DNA from: a virus
DNA length: 64,000 nucleotides
IMG/VR virus record: IMGVR_UViG_3300037222_000100
Span: 103,870 to 167,869 of that record
Reading direction: 5' to 3' (one strand)
A program made the translations under genes and the position numbers. The notes beneath the pieces are model-generated. The model was not told the origin of the DNA. It did no database searches and was given only the letters and a program-made list of their open reading frames with translations. Below are positions 10,038 through 21,114 of the stretch, in pieces; position 1 is the first letter of the stretch; every line of letters starts with the position of its first letter.

Positions 10038-10811
10038 ATGACCAAGGCACAGATTGACCCCCGCCAGCACGACGAAGCCACCGCCGCCCTGTACTTCGAG
10101 CTTGACGAGGCGCAGCGCCATCTCGCCCGCGCCATCGCCCGCGTGATCAGGTCCGCTGGCGTCAAGGAGCACCGCTTCGGCAAGGACACGAAGCGCGGGT
10201 GGGGCTCCGAAGACGAGTACTACCCCTACGACGAGGCTGTCGAGCGCGTCGAGGACAAGAGCCTCCTGGACGAGGTTGATCACGCCGAGGCCGAGATCGC
10301 TAGCCTCGACAACGCGATCTTCGCCGCCGAAGCCAAGTACACCGGCTGGAGTCGCTTCTTCCTCGTGACGAGCAGTATGGGCCACATCCATTCCTCGATG
10401 CACTGCGACACCTGCTACGACAGCACGACCTACGGCTGGCTCCCTGAGCTTTCCGGTCTGCTTGAAGCTCACGCGGTTATGGCCCACGGTGAAGTTCTCT
10501 GCACGCGCTGTTTCCCGAGCGCCCCGGCTGGCGACACGATCAGCGTCGCCAAGGCCGCGACACTCGCATGGTCACCTGACCGCGACGAGAAAAGAGCTAA
10601 GGCCGAGGCTGCTCGCGAGGCCAAAGCTGCCGCCAAGATCAAGAAAGCTGCGAGCAAACTCAAGTACGACGAAAGCCTCGCACACAAGGTCAACGCCCTC
10701 TTCGACCTGGATGTGCCGGATGTCTACCACTGGACCTGGGACCACAAGGGCTACGACAACGCCTACTTCGTCTACAGCGACATGGGTCGGAGGGCAGCAT
10801 GCGCTTCCTAA
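10038..10811 (+). CDS. Hypothetical protein with a His/Cys motif (HIHSSMHCDTC..CTRCFP)
   Basis: TTGAGA-17-TATACT (10002-10030), leaderless ATG 10038. Confidence 0.7.
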   Translation: MTKAQIDPRQHDEATAALYFELDEAQRHLARAIARVIRSAGVKEHRFGKDTKRGWGSEDEYYPYDEAVERVEDKSLLDEVDHAEAEIASLDNAIFAAEAKYTGWSRFFLVTSSMGHIHSSMHCDTCYDSTTYGWLPELSGLLEAHAVMAHGEVLCTRCFPSAPAGDTISVAKAATLAWSPDRDEKRAKAEAAREAKAAAKIKKAASKLKYDESLAHKVNALFDLDVPDVYHWTWDHKGYDNAYFVYSDMGRRAACAS

Positions 10812-11335
10812 TCATCCTCCTCACGCTCTGCTCTCTCACTCTTCCTACAATCGCTTCCGCTACCGACGTAACCGATATTCCGGTCGTGCAACAAGACCTC
10901 GCCATCGCCACTCAATACTGGGGCGTCACGATATCGCCCTACGCGGTCGAAGTCAGACCCCTCGTACTGACGGGTGCCGTAGCCGAATCGGAACAGCCGG
11001 GTCATTCGCAGCGCCTTTCGGCTGAAACGGCGCGCGCTCTCTTGCCAAAGACGAGCGAATACAGATGGGCTTGTGTCATCATCGTTCACGAGTACGGACA
11101 CTCGACCGGCCACGGACATGTTACTGACCCGAACAATGTCATGTATCCGGCTCCGTCTGCTGACTCGGTTCCCGGATGCAACGCAGCTTTCCCATCGCTG
11201 GAAGAAGAGGCGCACGCTGAAGTCAGAATTGAACAGGCCGAAATCAAGAACGAAAACAGGGCAGCCGCTAAGCGTCATCGCAGCGCAGCCCAAAAGCACC
11301 ACCGCCATCACCATCACGCTAAAAGGAAACGCTGA
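10799..11335 (+). CDS. Secreted metzincin/matrixin-like zinc metalloprotease
   Basis: Signal peptide, HEYGHSTGHGH, Met-turn NNVMYP. Confidence 0.85.
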   Translation: MRFLIILLTLCSLTLPTIASATDVTDIPVVQQDLAIATQYWGVTISPYAVEVRPLVLTGAVAESEQPGHSQRLSAETARALLPKTSEYRWACVIIVHEYGHSTGHGHVTDPNNVMYPAPSADSVPGCNAAFPSLEEEAHAEVRIEQAEIKNENRAAAKRHRSAAQKHHRHHHHAKRKR

Positions 11336-11336
11336 G

Positions 11337-14300
11337 ATGTCTAACCTGCTCGAATGGGAGGGACCTGACGACGCACCGCTGTCGGACGTGTCTGCTTGGG
11401 TCGATGCGAATATCAAGGAGGGCGTCGTCTGTCCGATCACCGGGCGTACGATCAAGATGTGGGTGCAGAAGCTCGACACGAACATGGCGCAGAGCCTCAT
11501 TCGCCTGTACAAAGTTGCTCCATCGAGAGCCTTCGTCCACTATCCCACGGCGCTCGCGCACCTGACCCCCAAAGGCCAAGACAACCACAAGATCAGCCAA
11601 CTCAAGTGGTGGTACTTTGTCGAGGAGGAGTTGACGCTGCGCCCGGATGGAGGACGCGCTGGCTATTGGCGCATCACCGAGCCAGGAATCAAATTCGTCC
11701 TGGATGAGATCAAGGTGCCCGCCAAAGCTTTGACCTGGAGAGGCGAAGTCGAAGACTGGTCGGGCGAGGAAATCGGAATCACCGACGCCCTCGGTGAGAG
11801 CTTCATCTACAGGGAGCTAATGGACGCATGAGTGGACATTGGTGGACATACGATGATGGCGGTCGTGCCGCTGCGGGCTACAAGGGCACCACAGGAGACT
11901 GCGTGACGCGCTCTATAGCCATCGCCACGGGTCTGCCCTACCAGGAGGTCTACGATGCCCTGAACATCGCTCGTGCGCACCCTGTCGCGGCTAGTCCGGC
12001 AACGAGACGCAAGCTCATCAACTCCTCTGCGCGTACGGGACTCCATCGACGCACCTATCAGCAGTTCTTGGAGGACATCGGTTGGGTCTGGACCCCCACC
12101 ATGAGCATCGGCTCAGGATGTCGCATGCATCTCTTGCGCGATGAGCTTCCTTCTGGTAGACTCATCTGCAAAGTGAGCAAGCATTTGGTCGCCGTCATCG
12201 ATGGCGTCATTCGAGAGTCTCTAATGGAGAAGCGCCCACCGCAACCCCCTCCGACCTCAGAAGCCGTGTCTTCTGGCGTTGGCTGCTCTCGCTGTGGCTG
12301 TCGCCCCCGAGCACCCCAAGACATCGTATGCGACCCCTGTCGCAAGAAGCTTGACAAGGAGAAATCATGAAGCGCAGAATCTTCAATTACGAACTCCAGG
12401 CCGAGGGACGCCAGATGATCCAGATTCCCAAGGGCTCCGATGTGATTGGCGTGGTCGAGAAGTACGGACTGCCATTCCTCCTCGCTGTCGTTGATGAGGA
12501 CCAGCCTGTCGAGCCGCGCATCTTCCGCATCGTGACCACGGGCGAGGTCTTCAACTACGAACGCCTCTGGTTCGTCGGGACCATGCGCCTGGGCGGCAAC
12601 GGCAAGGAACCGTGGTATACTGCCCACGTCTTCGAGGTCGAGACAGCCTTGCCGCAACTCAACCCCGATCCCATCGAGGATCGCTTTCAAGACGATCTAA
12701 AGGAGCTACAGCGTGAGTACGCAGAGCCAGTATCCTGAGCACGACAAGCTGAAGGCCGTCCAGGAGGAATCACAGTGCATCGGGGAGTTCCTCGATACCT
12801 GTGGCTACACGCTCGCCAAGTGGAGCAAGGAGCCCCATCTGGTTGACTACGCGGAGCTTGTCCCGGTGGGCAACATCCCAGACATCCTTGCCGAGTACTT
12901 CGACATCGACCAGAACAAGCTGGAGGAAGAGAAGCGCGCCATGCTGGAGAAGATGAGGACGGCCAACGCATGAACGCTGCCGTCGAGTCCGCCTTGATGC
13001 GCACGCTCCTCGCAGAGCAGCGTCGGAACATGATCCGCGAGGTACGCCGCTCTTGGCCTCATCTCAAGGAGCACCAAGCGGAAGAGGCTGTGGATAATGC
13101 CACGGTCGCAGAGGGCGCTTTCGGGTCCTCCGCTATCGTGGCATCGATCCTCGACAGGAAGGGTAGGGAGCAAGGAAATGTCTCCTGGGGCTTCGATGGC
13201 GAATGTCCCACCTGCGAGCAGTCCGTACGATTCAAAAAAGACGCCCAGCAATGAAGCTACAACTCAATACGCTCGGTCATCCGCAAGAGCCCGTCATAGG
13301 CGAAGTCGAGATCGCGCTTTCTCGACGCAACCTGCTCGCGCTCCTGCACAAGCTCGACTGGGAGGGTTCCGCGCGAACCATCCAGAAGATGGTCGGAGGA
13401 GTAGTCCTCACGGTCGTGGCCGAGGATGACGACGAGCATTACGGCGACGATGGTGCTGGAGTCATGCACGACGAAACGGAGCGTTTCATTGAGACGCACG
13501 AGGAGACGCGACGTGAGGCCCGTGAGAGGATCAGACACGAACGCATCGAGGACGAGAATGATATTGCGCGATTCGAGGGCGGTGAGTGATGGGCCTCCTT
13601 GCATGCACCCCCAGTCTCACTGACGAAATCCGTAACGCGCGCAATGCCGGTCGCACTCCGCGTGTGCATCCGAATGGCTTCCTTCAGCTAGACCTGGAGC
13701 CCGACCGTATGTCCACGGGTAGGCCCATCGCAAAGCGTCGGCTGCACATCTTTGATGACCGGCTGCCGCGTCAGAGCGTGCGTACATCGGTCCACGATCA
13801 CATCTTCGACATGTCCTCCTTCGTCCTGAAGGGGACCATTCTGAACGATACCTACATCACGGTGCCCGATGAGGAGGGCGACCTGGAAATCCACCAGGCG
13901 CAGGCGACGAAGGGTATGGAGACGAACCTAGTCTCAACTGGTCATCGCTGCACGCTCAGGCTCAAGCACACCGAGCACGTCTACATGGGCGAATCGTACA
14001 GGTTCCCTGCCCTTACCTTCCATGACTCTCGCCACGAAGGCGTGGCTGCCACGATCATGACCAAGGGAGACACGTTCCCTCTCAAGACTCCGCGAGTGCT
14101 CGTGCCGGTGGACGCAGAGCCCGACAACAGCTTCAGCCGGGAAGAGCAGGACATCCCGGCGCTGTGGACTCTGATCGAGGACACCTTTAGCTTCCAGCTA
14201 TGATCTTTACCATCATCCTCGCCGTCCTCTGTGGATGCTCGATTCTCACGGTGACGCTCGGCACACATCAGTTCGTTACGTCCATTCAGCCGACCAACGA

Positions 14301-14973
14301 GCAGCAGCGTATACGTCCGACAAAGTTCGACAGGCTCATCGAGGCGTACATGAAGAGTGACCCTGCTGACGTATCCGCCACGATTGAGTTCTTGCTGAAG
14401 GCGGAGACGCTAACTGACCCCTTTGCCGAGGCTCCTGCGCCAGCATTCAATCCTCCCCCAAAGCCTTCTGACGCCGCCACAAGTGCGCGCCCGGCGAAGT
14501 TCCGTCGAGGGGCCTACGATGTCATAGATGATCTTGAGCGGTCCTATGCCATGACCTATGGCGTCCCGACATTTGCGCTCCAGTGCCAGCTATGCGGAGA
14601 AATCGGGTCCTTCAGCAGCGGCACATGTCATGCCTGTGGCGGGAGGGCAACACATCCATCATGGGTGATCTGGCACGAGGGTCATGGCGTGGATTACTAC
14701 GACAAACAGAAGATGGAAGTGGACGCTTACCGGATGCAGAAGGCAGGCAAGAAGATCACCGTCTTCGATTCGAACGGCAAGCAACTATTCGTGGCTCCGT
14801 CACCGCGCTTGATCCAAGAGCGTCATCGCACACGCGACAAACGAGGACGCTTCGTAAAGCAGAGCAAGCATGATTGTGAGTGCGGCTTGTGCTCTGGAAC
14901 GGGGATGATCTACCCGATGGATGAGCCCTACCCCATTCGTCCGCCTCTCCCAGGTAGACTGATTCGGGCCTAA
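11337..14973 (+). CDS. Run of coupled hypothetical genes (11337-11831, 11828-12370, 12367-12738, 12713-12973, 12970-13254, 13251-13589, 13586-14203 cupin-like, 14200-14973)
   Basis: ATGA overlaps; 13586 has HPNGF and HDH motifs. Confidence 0.55.
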
Positions 14974-17465
14974 CCCTTGCCTGCCTCATTGACCTGAGCC
15001 CAAATCTCAGGCGTCGAGAGATGCGTCTGTTCGGTGATGTGCTGCATGAGCGTTTGACCCGGCTGCCCCGTGAGTCTCTCTCCGGTCTGAGGATGCGTGA
15101 ACCACGGCGAGCGTAGGACGGCACTCGTCTTGCGCGCAAGCACCTGGTAGGGGACCTTGGTCTGTGGCGAGTGGACCTGTTCGTCCCATTCTTCGCCCAC
15201 CTGGGTACGGACGGGCTGCGTGTTGCGCCACCAATCGGGAGCCTGTTTCGCCCACGCATCGCCCTTGAGGTTCTGTTCCTTTTCCTGCCAGTCGATGGAG
15301 TCGTGTGGCACCGGGTCCAGGACGCGAATGCCGGAGTGATCCTGGTGCGTGCCTTCGCCCGTGCGCTTGTTGTCCCACATGCCCCACTGGAAGGCTCCTA
15401 GCGGGACGTGGCCGTAGCCTGCCGCGTCTCGACCGGCTCCCAGTTCGCGCTCGAACTTGAAGTAGTCACGGTTGTTCATCTCCTTCTCGTAGCTCTTGCC
15501 GAGCACGTCCATCATGTGCGTATCGATGGTGGCTAGCTGCGAGGTCATCGGCTGAAGCAAGAGCCATGCGAACGATGCGCACTTCGGACCTGCGCCAGGA
15601 ATGCCTAGCTGCATGACGACAGAGCGGAAGTGATGCCCCGTACCGTCATGCTCGTGAACATCTTCGAGCGCTGCCTTGAGTAGCTCGTCAATATGCTGGC
15701 TGATCTGAGCAATGGCCTTGAGATGGGTCCCCATGAACGCGCCATAGCGATCAAGTGTCGGCGGCTTCACCTGCGGTTCGAGCGGGAAGAGACTGTCCTC
15801 TTGCGTGGGCTCCTTCTTGGCTGCCGTAACGTAGTCGGAGTGGTCGAGCTTGGGCTGATGCTCCTTGAGGAAGACTTCAATCTTCTTGGCGATAGCCTTG
15901 TTGGCCAAGTTCTCGATCTCGTAGTGGTTCAACTGCTTCTCCTCAGGCACGCCCTGCTGCGACTCGGTGATCTTGTCCTGCTCTTCCTGTTCCCAATCGT
16001 ACATCTCGCGCTGCGCTCGCTCCTGGGCAGCTTTCCATCCAGCCTGTGGATCGCGCTGGTAGATGAGCGACTCGAACTTCGGCAGGAGCTTGAAGTACGG
16101 CCTGTGTGAGAAGCGAGCATCCTCTCCGAAGTTCTTGACGTTGTGAGCCTGACGCTTGTTCTCCAGCGTGTTCCAGTAGACGACCGGATCGGTGACACTC
16201 GATGGGACCGTCGAGATGTCCTGGTAGTGGACCGTGTTCCAACGCAGGTCCTTCTGCGGACTCAGGAGCACGACGCGGAAGGCATTGACGATGGCCTGCT
16301 TCATGCGCTCGTAGTCGGGCTCGTTCTCGCCCGTCCTCAGGCTGGCCCACTCGGTATCGATGAGCTTCGCTGTGTCCATGACCTGCTGAGACTCCAGCGG
16401 GTCGCCGTGATGGAGGTAGGCGTTGGGTTCCTGTGCCTGCACGCCCGACTCCCATCCCTCGTTCGGATCGGCGAAGGTTGGATCGACCGTCCCTGCCGCG
16501 ACGTGACTGAAGCTGGTGCCCGGAACATAGTTGTAGGTCGGTTGAAGTCCTAGCGCCTCTTGCTGATGCGGAGCCACATTGTCCTGGGGCAGACCGACCG
16601 GTTTCGAGGGCTTGATGGCGGGCATGGCCACCGGAGCGACCGACTGGGAGGGATGCACCCCTGAGAAGCCCGGAGAGACACCCTCAGCGCGCTGTGCGGG
16701 CTCGTAGAACTCAGGGAACAGCGCCACCTTCTGCGGGCCAAAGTGACGGTAGTGGGCCGCATATGCGGTCTGACCGATGCACTCGCTGAAGAGGGCCTTC
16801 TGAGCCTCTGCGGAGAGCAGCGGGAAGTGAGCCTGACACGCCTTGTTCTCTCCCTCCCATCCGAAGTCGCCGCCTGATACGCCGTGGCCCAGAACGTCGT
16901 GGACGATGCGAAAGGCGACGTTCTGCTCTGGGGTCCAAAGAGGATGCTCGCTGTTGGCGCGCGAGACTTGGAAATGCTGGCGTTTGTGGATGTCGTCAGT
17001 CATCGCCTGCGCGTGCGGGTAGGGCTCTGGGTCGTTGACCTCCTCGATATGAAGCTGATTGCGCAGGACATCGGCTCGACGCATGGAATCGTCGGCTAGC
17101 TCTTTGTACGCTGCTGCTGCCTTCGGATCGTAGACAGGGGCCTTGGCGTAGGCTTCTGCGATGGGCTGAAGCTGATCGGTCCAGTCGGTCCTCCACATGC
17201 CGATCCTCTCCATCGCTGCGCTGCGCATATGGTTCTTGCGCTCGACCGCGAGCAGGAGATTGCGAACGGCCATCTCCTCGTCTGGGCCGGTCTTCTCGAT
17301 GTCCTCCCCGTGAGCGTTTGTTGCCGAGGCGACGTACTCGTCATCCTTCTTGTCGAACTTGACCTTCTTCATCGACCAGCCAGCATTACCGATCTGTGTG
17401 TAGAGGTCTACGAGGCTACTGGTGTAGCCCTGGAAGACGCCAGTGACGTTGATGCGAGACATCAA
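14970..17465 (-). CDS. Large multidomain protein: FRxxHDxxGH domain plus HhH-GPD glycosylase-like domain
   Basis: NVAFRIVHDVLGH..GENKACQAH; LGIPGAGPKCASFA..IDTHM. Confidence 0.75.
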   Translation of the reverse strand: MMSRINVTGVFQGYTSSLVDLYTQIGNAGWSMKKVKFDKKDDEYVASATNAHGEDIEKTGPDEEMAVRNLLLAVERKNHMRSAAMERIGMWRTDWTDQLQPIAEAYAKAPVYDPKAAAAYKELADDSMRRADVLRNQLHIEEVNDPEPYPHAQAMTDDIHKRQHFQVSRANSEHPLWTPEQNVAFRIVHDVLGHGVSGGDFGWEGENKACQAHFPLLSAEAQKALFSECIGQTAYAAHYRHFGPQKVALFPEFYEPAQRAEGVSPGFSGVHPSQSVAPVAMPAIKPSKPVGLPQDNVAPHQQEALGLQPTYNYVPGTSFSHVAAGTVDPTFADPNEGWESGVQAQEPNAYLHHGDPLESQQVMDTAKLIDTEWASLRTGENEPDYERMKQAIVNAFRVVLLSPQKDLRWNTVHYQDISTVPSSVTDPVVYWNTLENKRQAHNVKNFGEDARFSHRPYFKLLPKFESLIYQRDPQAGWKAAQERAQREMYDWEQEEQDKITESQQGVPEEKQLNHYEIENLANKAIAKKIEVFLKEHQPKLDHSDYVTAAKKEPTQEDSLFPLEPQVKPPTLDRYGAFMGTHLKAIAQISQHIDELLKAALEDVHEHDGTGHHFRSVVMQLGIPGAGPKCASFAWLLLQPMTSQLATIDTHMMDVLGKSYEKEMNNRDYFKFERELGAGRDAAGYGHVPLGAFQWGMWDNKRTGEGTHQDHSGIRVLDPVPHDSIDWQEKEQNLKGDAWAKQAPDWWRNTQPVRTQVGEEWDEQVHSPQTKVPYQVLARKTSAVLRSPWFTHPQTGERLTGQPGQTLMQHITEQTHLSTPEIWAQVNEAGKG

Positions 17466-17812
17466 GCCCGTCCTCTACGACCTCGGCAATTGACAAGACG
17501 CGCCTGTGCTTCTTCAAGTCGTTCTAGCCTTCGTTGACCCAGATGAGGCTTGAGCCGCTGTAGCGCGACGGCAACGGAGGTAGCTTGATGCAGTGTCCAC
17601 CGCCATGTGGGCTTCTTTCCGATCTTGGACTCGAAAGCATACGGCCCATTGAGTGTGCCACCCGCGATGCTTTGAACGCGAGCTAGAATATCCTGGTCCG
17701 TAGACTCGATAGCTAAGCCAACAGAATTGACGTTCGTGAAGAGGAAGCAGCCCTCGCCCTCAAACAGGCCAGCGAGCCAAGCCCAATCTATGCTTGATGA
17801 CATTTGATCCAT
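17462..17812 (-). CDS. Single-motif LAGLIDADG endonuclease
   Basis: WLAGLFEGEGCF..STD..W.W..L.PHL. Confidence 0.9.
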   Translation of the reverse strand: MDQMSSSIDWAWLAGLFEGEGCFLFTNVNSVGLAIESTDQDILARVQSIAGGTLNGPYAFESKIGKKPTWRWTLHQATSVAVALQRLKPHLGQRRLERLEEAQARLVNCRGRRGRA

Positions 17813-18023
17813 CAACCATTATGGTAGCGCACGCGCGTAGATAGAACCCCATCGTATAGATGAGAGCCCCGTAGCCAGCGCGCAGATTCATTCCCTAACG
17901 GGATTGAATGCAACCTGGAAATCTTCCGTAGACACACTTGAGAAGCCGTGCTTACCTTTTCCAGACCATAAAAAGTAGTGTACCGTCGTCCCAAATGCCC
18001 ATTCCCAACCGACTGTCTTCATC

Positions 18024-18491
18024 TTATTTCCTTGGTAGGGTAGCGCGAAGACGAATGATCTGTACGCGATCAAAGCTATGCGACTTCGGACGGCTACGGA
18101 AGTTCAGGTGGTGAAACTCTACGCCCGACTTATAGGGCTGGAAAAGGTCCCATCCGTGACGTTTGGCATGCAAGATCATCCTAGCGACATCACCATCGTT
18201 GACATCGATGCCCTGTTGCCACCATTCGAGCTTGCGGCCGATGGGTCCAGCGTAAGGTACGCCGTCGCTACGAAGCTCGTGAGTCGAGCGACCAGGGGGG
18301 TTAGCGGTACCAGCCGGAAGCGTTTCGAATAGCTCGCGCTGTGTATGCTTACCATGCGCGTGCAGAATCGCCTTGGCATCATCGCCGCGATAGATGCTGT
18401 TGACGGTGGCGTTAGACCATTTGGCCAAGAGAGCGAAGTAAGGACCGATGGCCGGATTGGACGGGCATCCTTGGATGACTACGAAGCTCAT
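18024..18491 (-). CDS. M15-family zinc peptidase, putative endolysin
   Basis: ANPPGRSTHE, GIDV, EFHH. Confidence 0.7.
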   Translation of the reverse strand: MSFVVIQGCPSNPAIGPYFALLAKWSNATVNSIYRGDDAKAILHAHGKHTQRELFETLPAGTANPPGRSTHELRSDGVPYAGPIGRKLEWWQQGIDVNDGDVARMILHAKRHGWDLFQPYKSGVEFHHLNFRSRPKSHSFDRVQIIRLRATLPRK

Positions 18492-19117
18492 TAGGTGCCC
18501 GTCACGATGTCGGTGATGGTGACGGCATCAGTCGATTCGTGGATTTCCGCAGTCGATGACAGGAGGGATTCGAAGAGCATGATGCCACCGTTCTGTGCGT
18601 TGAAGATTCCGATCTTGGCAAGGATTACCGGAGTCACATCTTCGGCGTTAGCCGTGAAGGTCGCTTCGACCTTGTATTTGTTCGCCCCGAGATACGTGAA
18701 GGTCGCGAGTGCGCGAAGGAGTCCGCCTCCTGCTTTTTTGATCTCGCCTTTGAGCGTTTCGTTTTCGGCTTTCGGTTCTACTGCGTCCGCTGAGACAGCC
18801 AGCCAGGCAGCCGGGGTAGCACCAGAGGCGATGGAGAAAGCGAGCCCTTCAGCAGGCGTTTCCGCCGCAGCGCCTCCTCGTGTTGCTCCCGGCGTCTCCC
18901 ATCGAGCGACAGTCAGCACCGTGGCCGTGTTCGACAGTATCGTGCCGACGACAGCGCCCGTGTAGACATCCTGGCCAGCGAACTGATTGACGCCCCAGCC
19001 GGGAGCACCAGAGACTTTGAGGGTCGTCCCTGTTGTCGTTGTGGACGTGCCCGTGAAGCCGTTGGTGGCGTCTCCGAGTGCGTTCGCCCAGAGTCCTTTG
19101 CCCTTGGTCGTGATCAT
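18491..19117 (-). CDS. Virion structural/tail protein
   Basis: T/G/A-rich; TL.GEI..GL.RA..GIFNA..GG.M pattern. Confidence 0.6.
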   Translation of the reverse strand: MITTKGKGLWANALGDATNGFTGTSTTTTGTTLKVSGAPGWGVNQFAGQDVYTGAVVGTILSNTATVLTVARWETPGATRGGAAAETPAEGLAFSIASGATPAAWLAVSADAVEPKAENETLKGEIKKAGGGLLRALATFTYLGANKYKVEATFTANAEDVTPVILAKIGIFNAQNGGIMLFESLLSSTAEIHESTDAVTITDIVTGT

Positions 19118-19332
19118 CTCACTTGTTATCTCCTCGAAGGGCTAGCATTTACCGTGATGGTTGCCGTTGGTGGCGGCACGACGTAGCTCATCAAGAATGC
19201 GGCGGTCTTGCTCAGAGGCAGTAAGGTCCGCTACGGCGATGAGACGACGCCAGTCCTCGACGGTCAGTTCAGCAGCGTGCAGATCGGCGGACAGCATCAC
19301 ACATTAGCCACCGTTTCCTGTACAATGTAGGT

Positions 19333-19740
19333 ATGAAGCTAGCCTCCACAGATGCGGCCTACATCGCTGGATTCCTCGATGGTGAGGGATCGATCATGCT
19401 CTATCGCCGAAAGGATCGAGGCAAGGTTGAACTCCGAATCACCGCGACCAATACACATCGCGAGATTCTAGAGTGGATCATGTCCACAACAGGATGTGGT
19501 TCTATCATCGCGCAAGGGCAGCCTAACCCCGATAAGCACTATCCAGCTTGGCATTGGCGCATCAAGCCATCTGATTGCGTAGCCCTTCTTGAGGTCGTTC
19601 GACCCTACCTGCGACTCAAGGCATCGCAAGCTGATCTTGCCATGGAGTTCCAACAACGATCAGATACCGAGGGCAACGGGCTCTGGCAAGAAGACTATCG
19701 TGAGAGGATGGCTGCACTCAATCGCAGCAAGTGGCGGTGA
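19333..19740 (+). CDS. Single-motif LAGLIDADG endonuclease
   Basis: YIAGFLDGEGSI..TNT..PYLRLK.QA; TACAAT 6 nt before ATG. Confidence 0.92.
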   Translation: MKLASTDAAYIAGFLDGEGSIMLYRRKDRGKVELRITATNTHREILEWIMSTTGCGSIIAQGQPNPDKHYPAWHWRIKPSDCVALLEVVRPYLRLKASQADLAMEFQQRSDTEGNGLWQEDYRERMAALNRSKWR

Positions 19741-20655
19741 TCAACCGCCGGATTTTATTTCAAGTTCCCAAGGAAATTCTATGACGTTGCCGCTTTCCAC
19801 GTTGATCACGGAGAAGACGCGGTGATCGAACATGACCGGCTTGAGCGAGAACGGCGATGTGCCGACAGGGGCCTGAACGGCACCAGTAGACTGTTTGTAG
19901 AAGGCCGGGACGGTGACGACCGAAGTCGTGTTGCTCGTGATGAGGCCCCAGATTTCTGTCGCTTCTGTCGGGACGATGATCTTGAGACGTTCGCCTTTGG
20001 TTTTTTTGTCTGAGGCAGTAAGCGGAGTGGCAGTGACTTTACCTTCTGTGGCAGTTACAGAGACAAGCGGTGAACCTGTAGCGGCCGAAAGGAGTTTCTG
20101 AGTGTGGATGCCCCACTCGGTAATCGCCAGCGAAGATTCTGCTTTGATTTTGCCGGTCGAGACGAGCTTTGGTTTACCTTCGCCGTTAGGTGTCGTGGTG
20201 TTGGTAGCTTCGACGGCTTCTGTCGCGTTCGGAGCCGCGAGAGTCTGAAGCTTGATGTCCTTTTCGCTGGCTGCTGTTGCGCCGGTTCCCCATGCTTGCC
20301 ACTTGAGGTTAGGGAAGAGATTGAAAGACGCTTCTGATGCTGCGTCAACTACCCAGTCCTCAGCGAGCGCAAGTACACCGACGTTGGTGACGAGGCCAGA
20401 GCCGAGATTGTGCTGCTCTACGATCTCGCCGAATGGGTTGCGCACGATGGCGCTGAGGCGGGTCTGAAGGAAGTACCGGCTAAAGAGATTGGCCTCGCCC
20501 TGGTCTTTCGAGAAAGCGACGCGACCGAGGCCGGGAATGCCGAACTGACGAACGCGACGAGCCTTGGTCTTCTTCTGCGCCGATCCGTAGTGCTTGACCA
20601 CTCGCGGCTGCATGTCAGCGGAGAGGCCGACTCCTGGGGTCTGTGTCTTTGCCAT
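19741..20655 (-). CDS. Virion structural/tail protein
   Basis: GTG.TA...D..LQT, AITEWG, FSVINV..G pattern; GGTAATAG upstream. Confidence 0.6.
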   Translation of the reverse strand: MAKTQTPGVGLSADMQPRVVKHYGSAQKKTKARRVRQFGIPGLGRVAFSKDQGEANLFSRYFLQTRLSAIVRNPFGEIVEQHNLGSGLVTNVGVLALAEDWVVDAASEASFNLFPNLKWQAWGTGATAASEKDIKLQTLAAPNATEAVEATNTTTPNGEGKPKLVSTGKIKAESSLAITEWGIHTQKLLSAATGSPLVSVTATEGKVTATPLTASDKKTKGERLKIIVPTEATEIWGLITSNTTSVVTVPAFYKQSTGAVQAPVGTSPFSLKPVMFDHRVFSVINVESGNVIEFPWELEIKSGG

Positions 20656-20730
20656 CGCCTATTACCTTGCGTCGCTCCTTCTTTTGAAGGTATGCGGCAT
20701 AGCAGCATGCTCCGGAGAGTAATAGATGCG

Positions 20731-21114
20731 ATGGCCTCATCCTTTCTCCCGGCAAAGAAGAATCTGCCCATATGGCAGGAAAGCACGTTCAGGTACCAGT
20801 TCGAATGGAAAGACGACGACGGCAAATCCGTCAAACCGCATGACCTCACTGGCTACACGGGTCGGGCCATTCTCAAAGGAGACGACGGGTCCGAACTCGA
20901 ACTGACGACCGAAAACGGAGGCATCCACTTTGGCGGCATCTCGGACGAACCAACCAACGGTCTAGTCGAAATCTATCTGACCAAGGCTCAGACCGAAGCG
21001 CTCACTTGGAAAAAGCGAGCTAGCTTCACACTCAAAGTGGTCGAACCGAATCCGCCAAACGACGACTTCCCGCTGCTCACTGGCAGATTTTTCTTGGCCG
21101 GACCTCCGCGCTAG
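20731..21114 (+). CDS. Tail/baseplate adaptor-like beta protein
   Basis: I.Q..TF...DLTGYT...LTTENGGI...LT..QT..L; start moved to ATG 20731 after GTAATAG. Confidence 0.65.
   Translation: MASSFLPAKKNLPIWQESTFRYQFEWKDDDGKSVKPHDLTGYTGRAILKGDDGSELELTTENGGIHFGGISDEPTNGLVEIYLTKAQTEALTWKKRASFTLKVVEPNPPNDDFPLLTGRFFLAGPPR

Noticed and set aside
20410-20730. ORF-track N-terminal extensions (also 4877, 9969, 11073, 53810-54508, 62321-63082)
   Set aside because: They overlap real genes; better starts with promoter or coupling support lie downstream.
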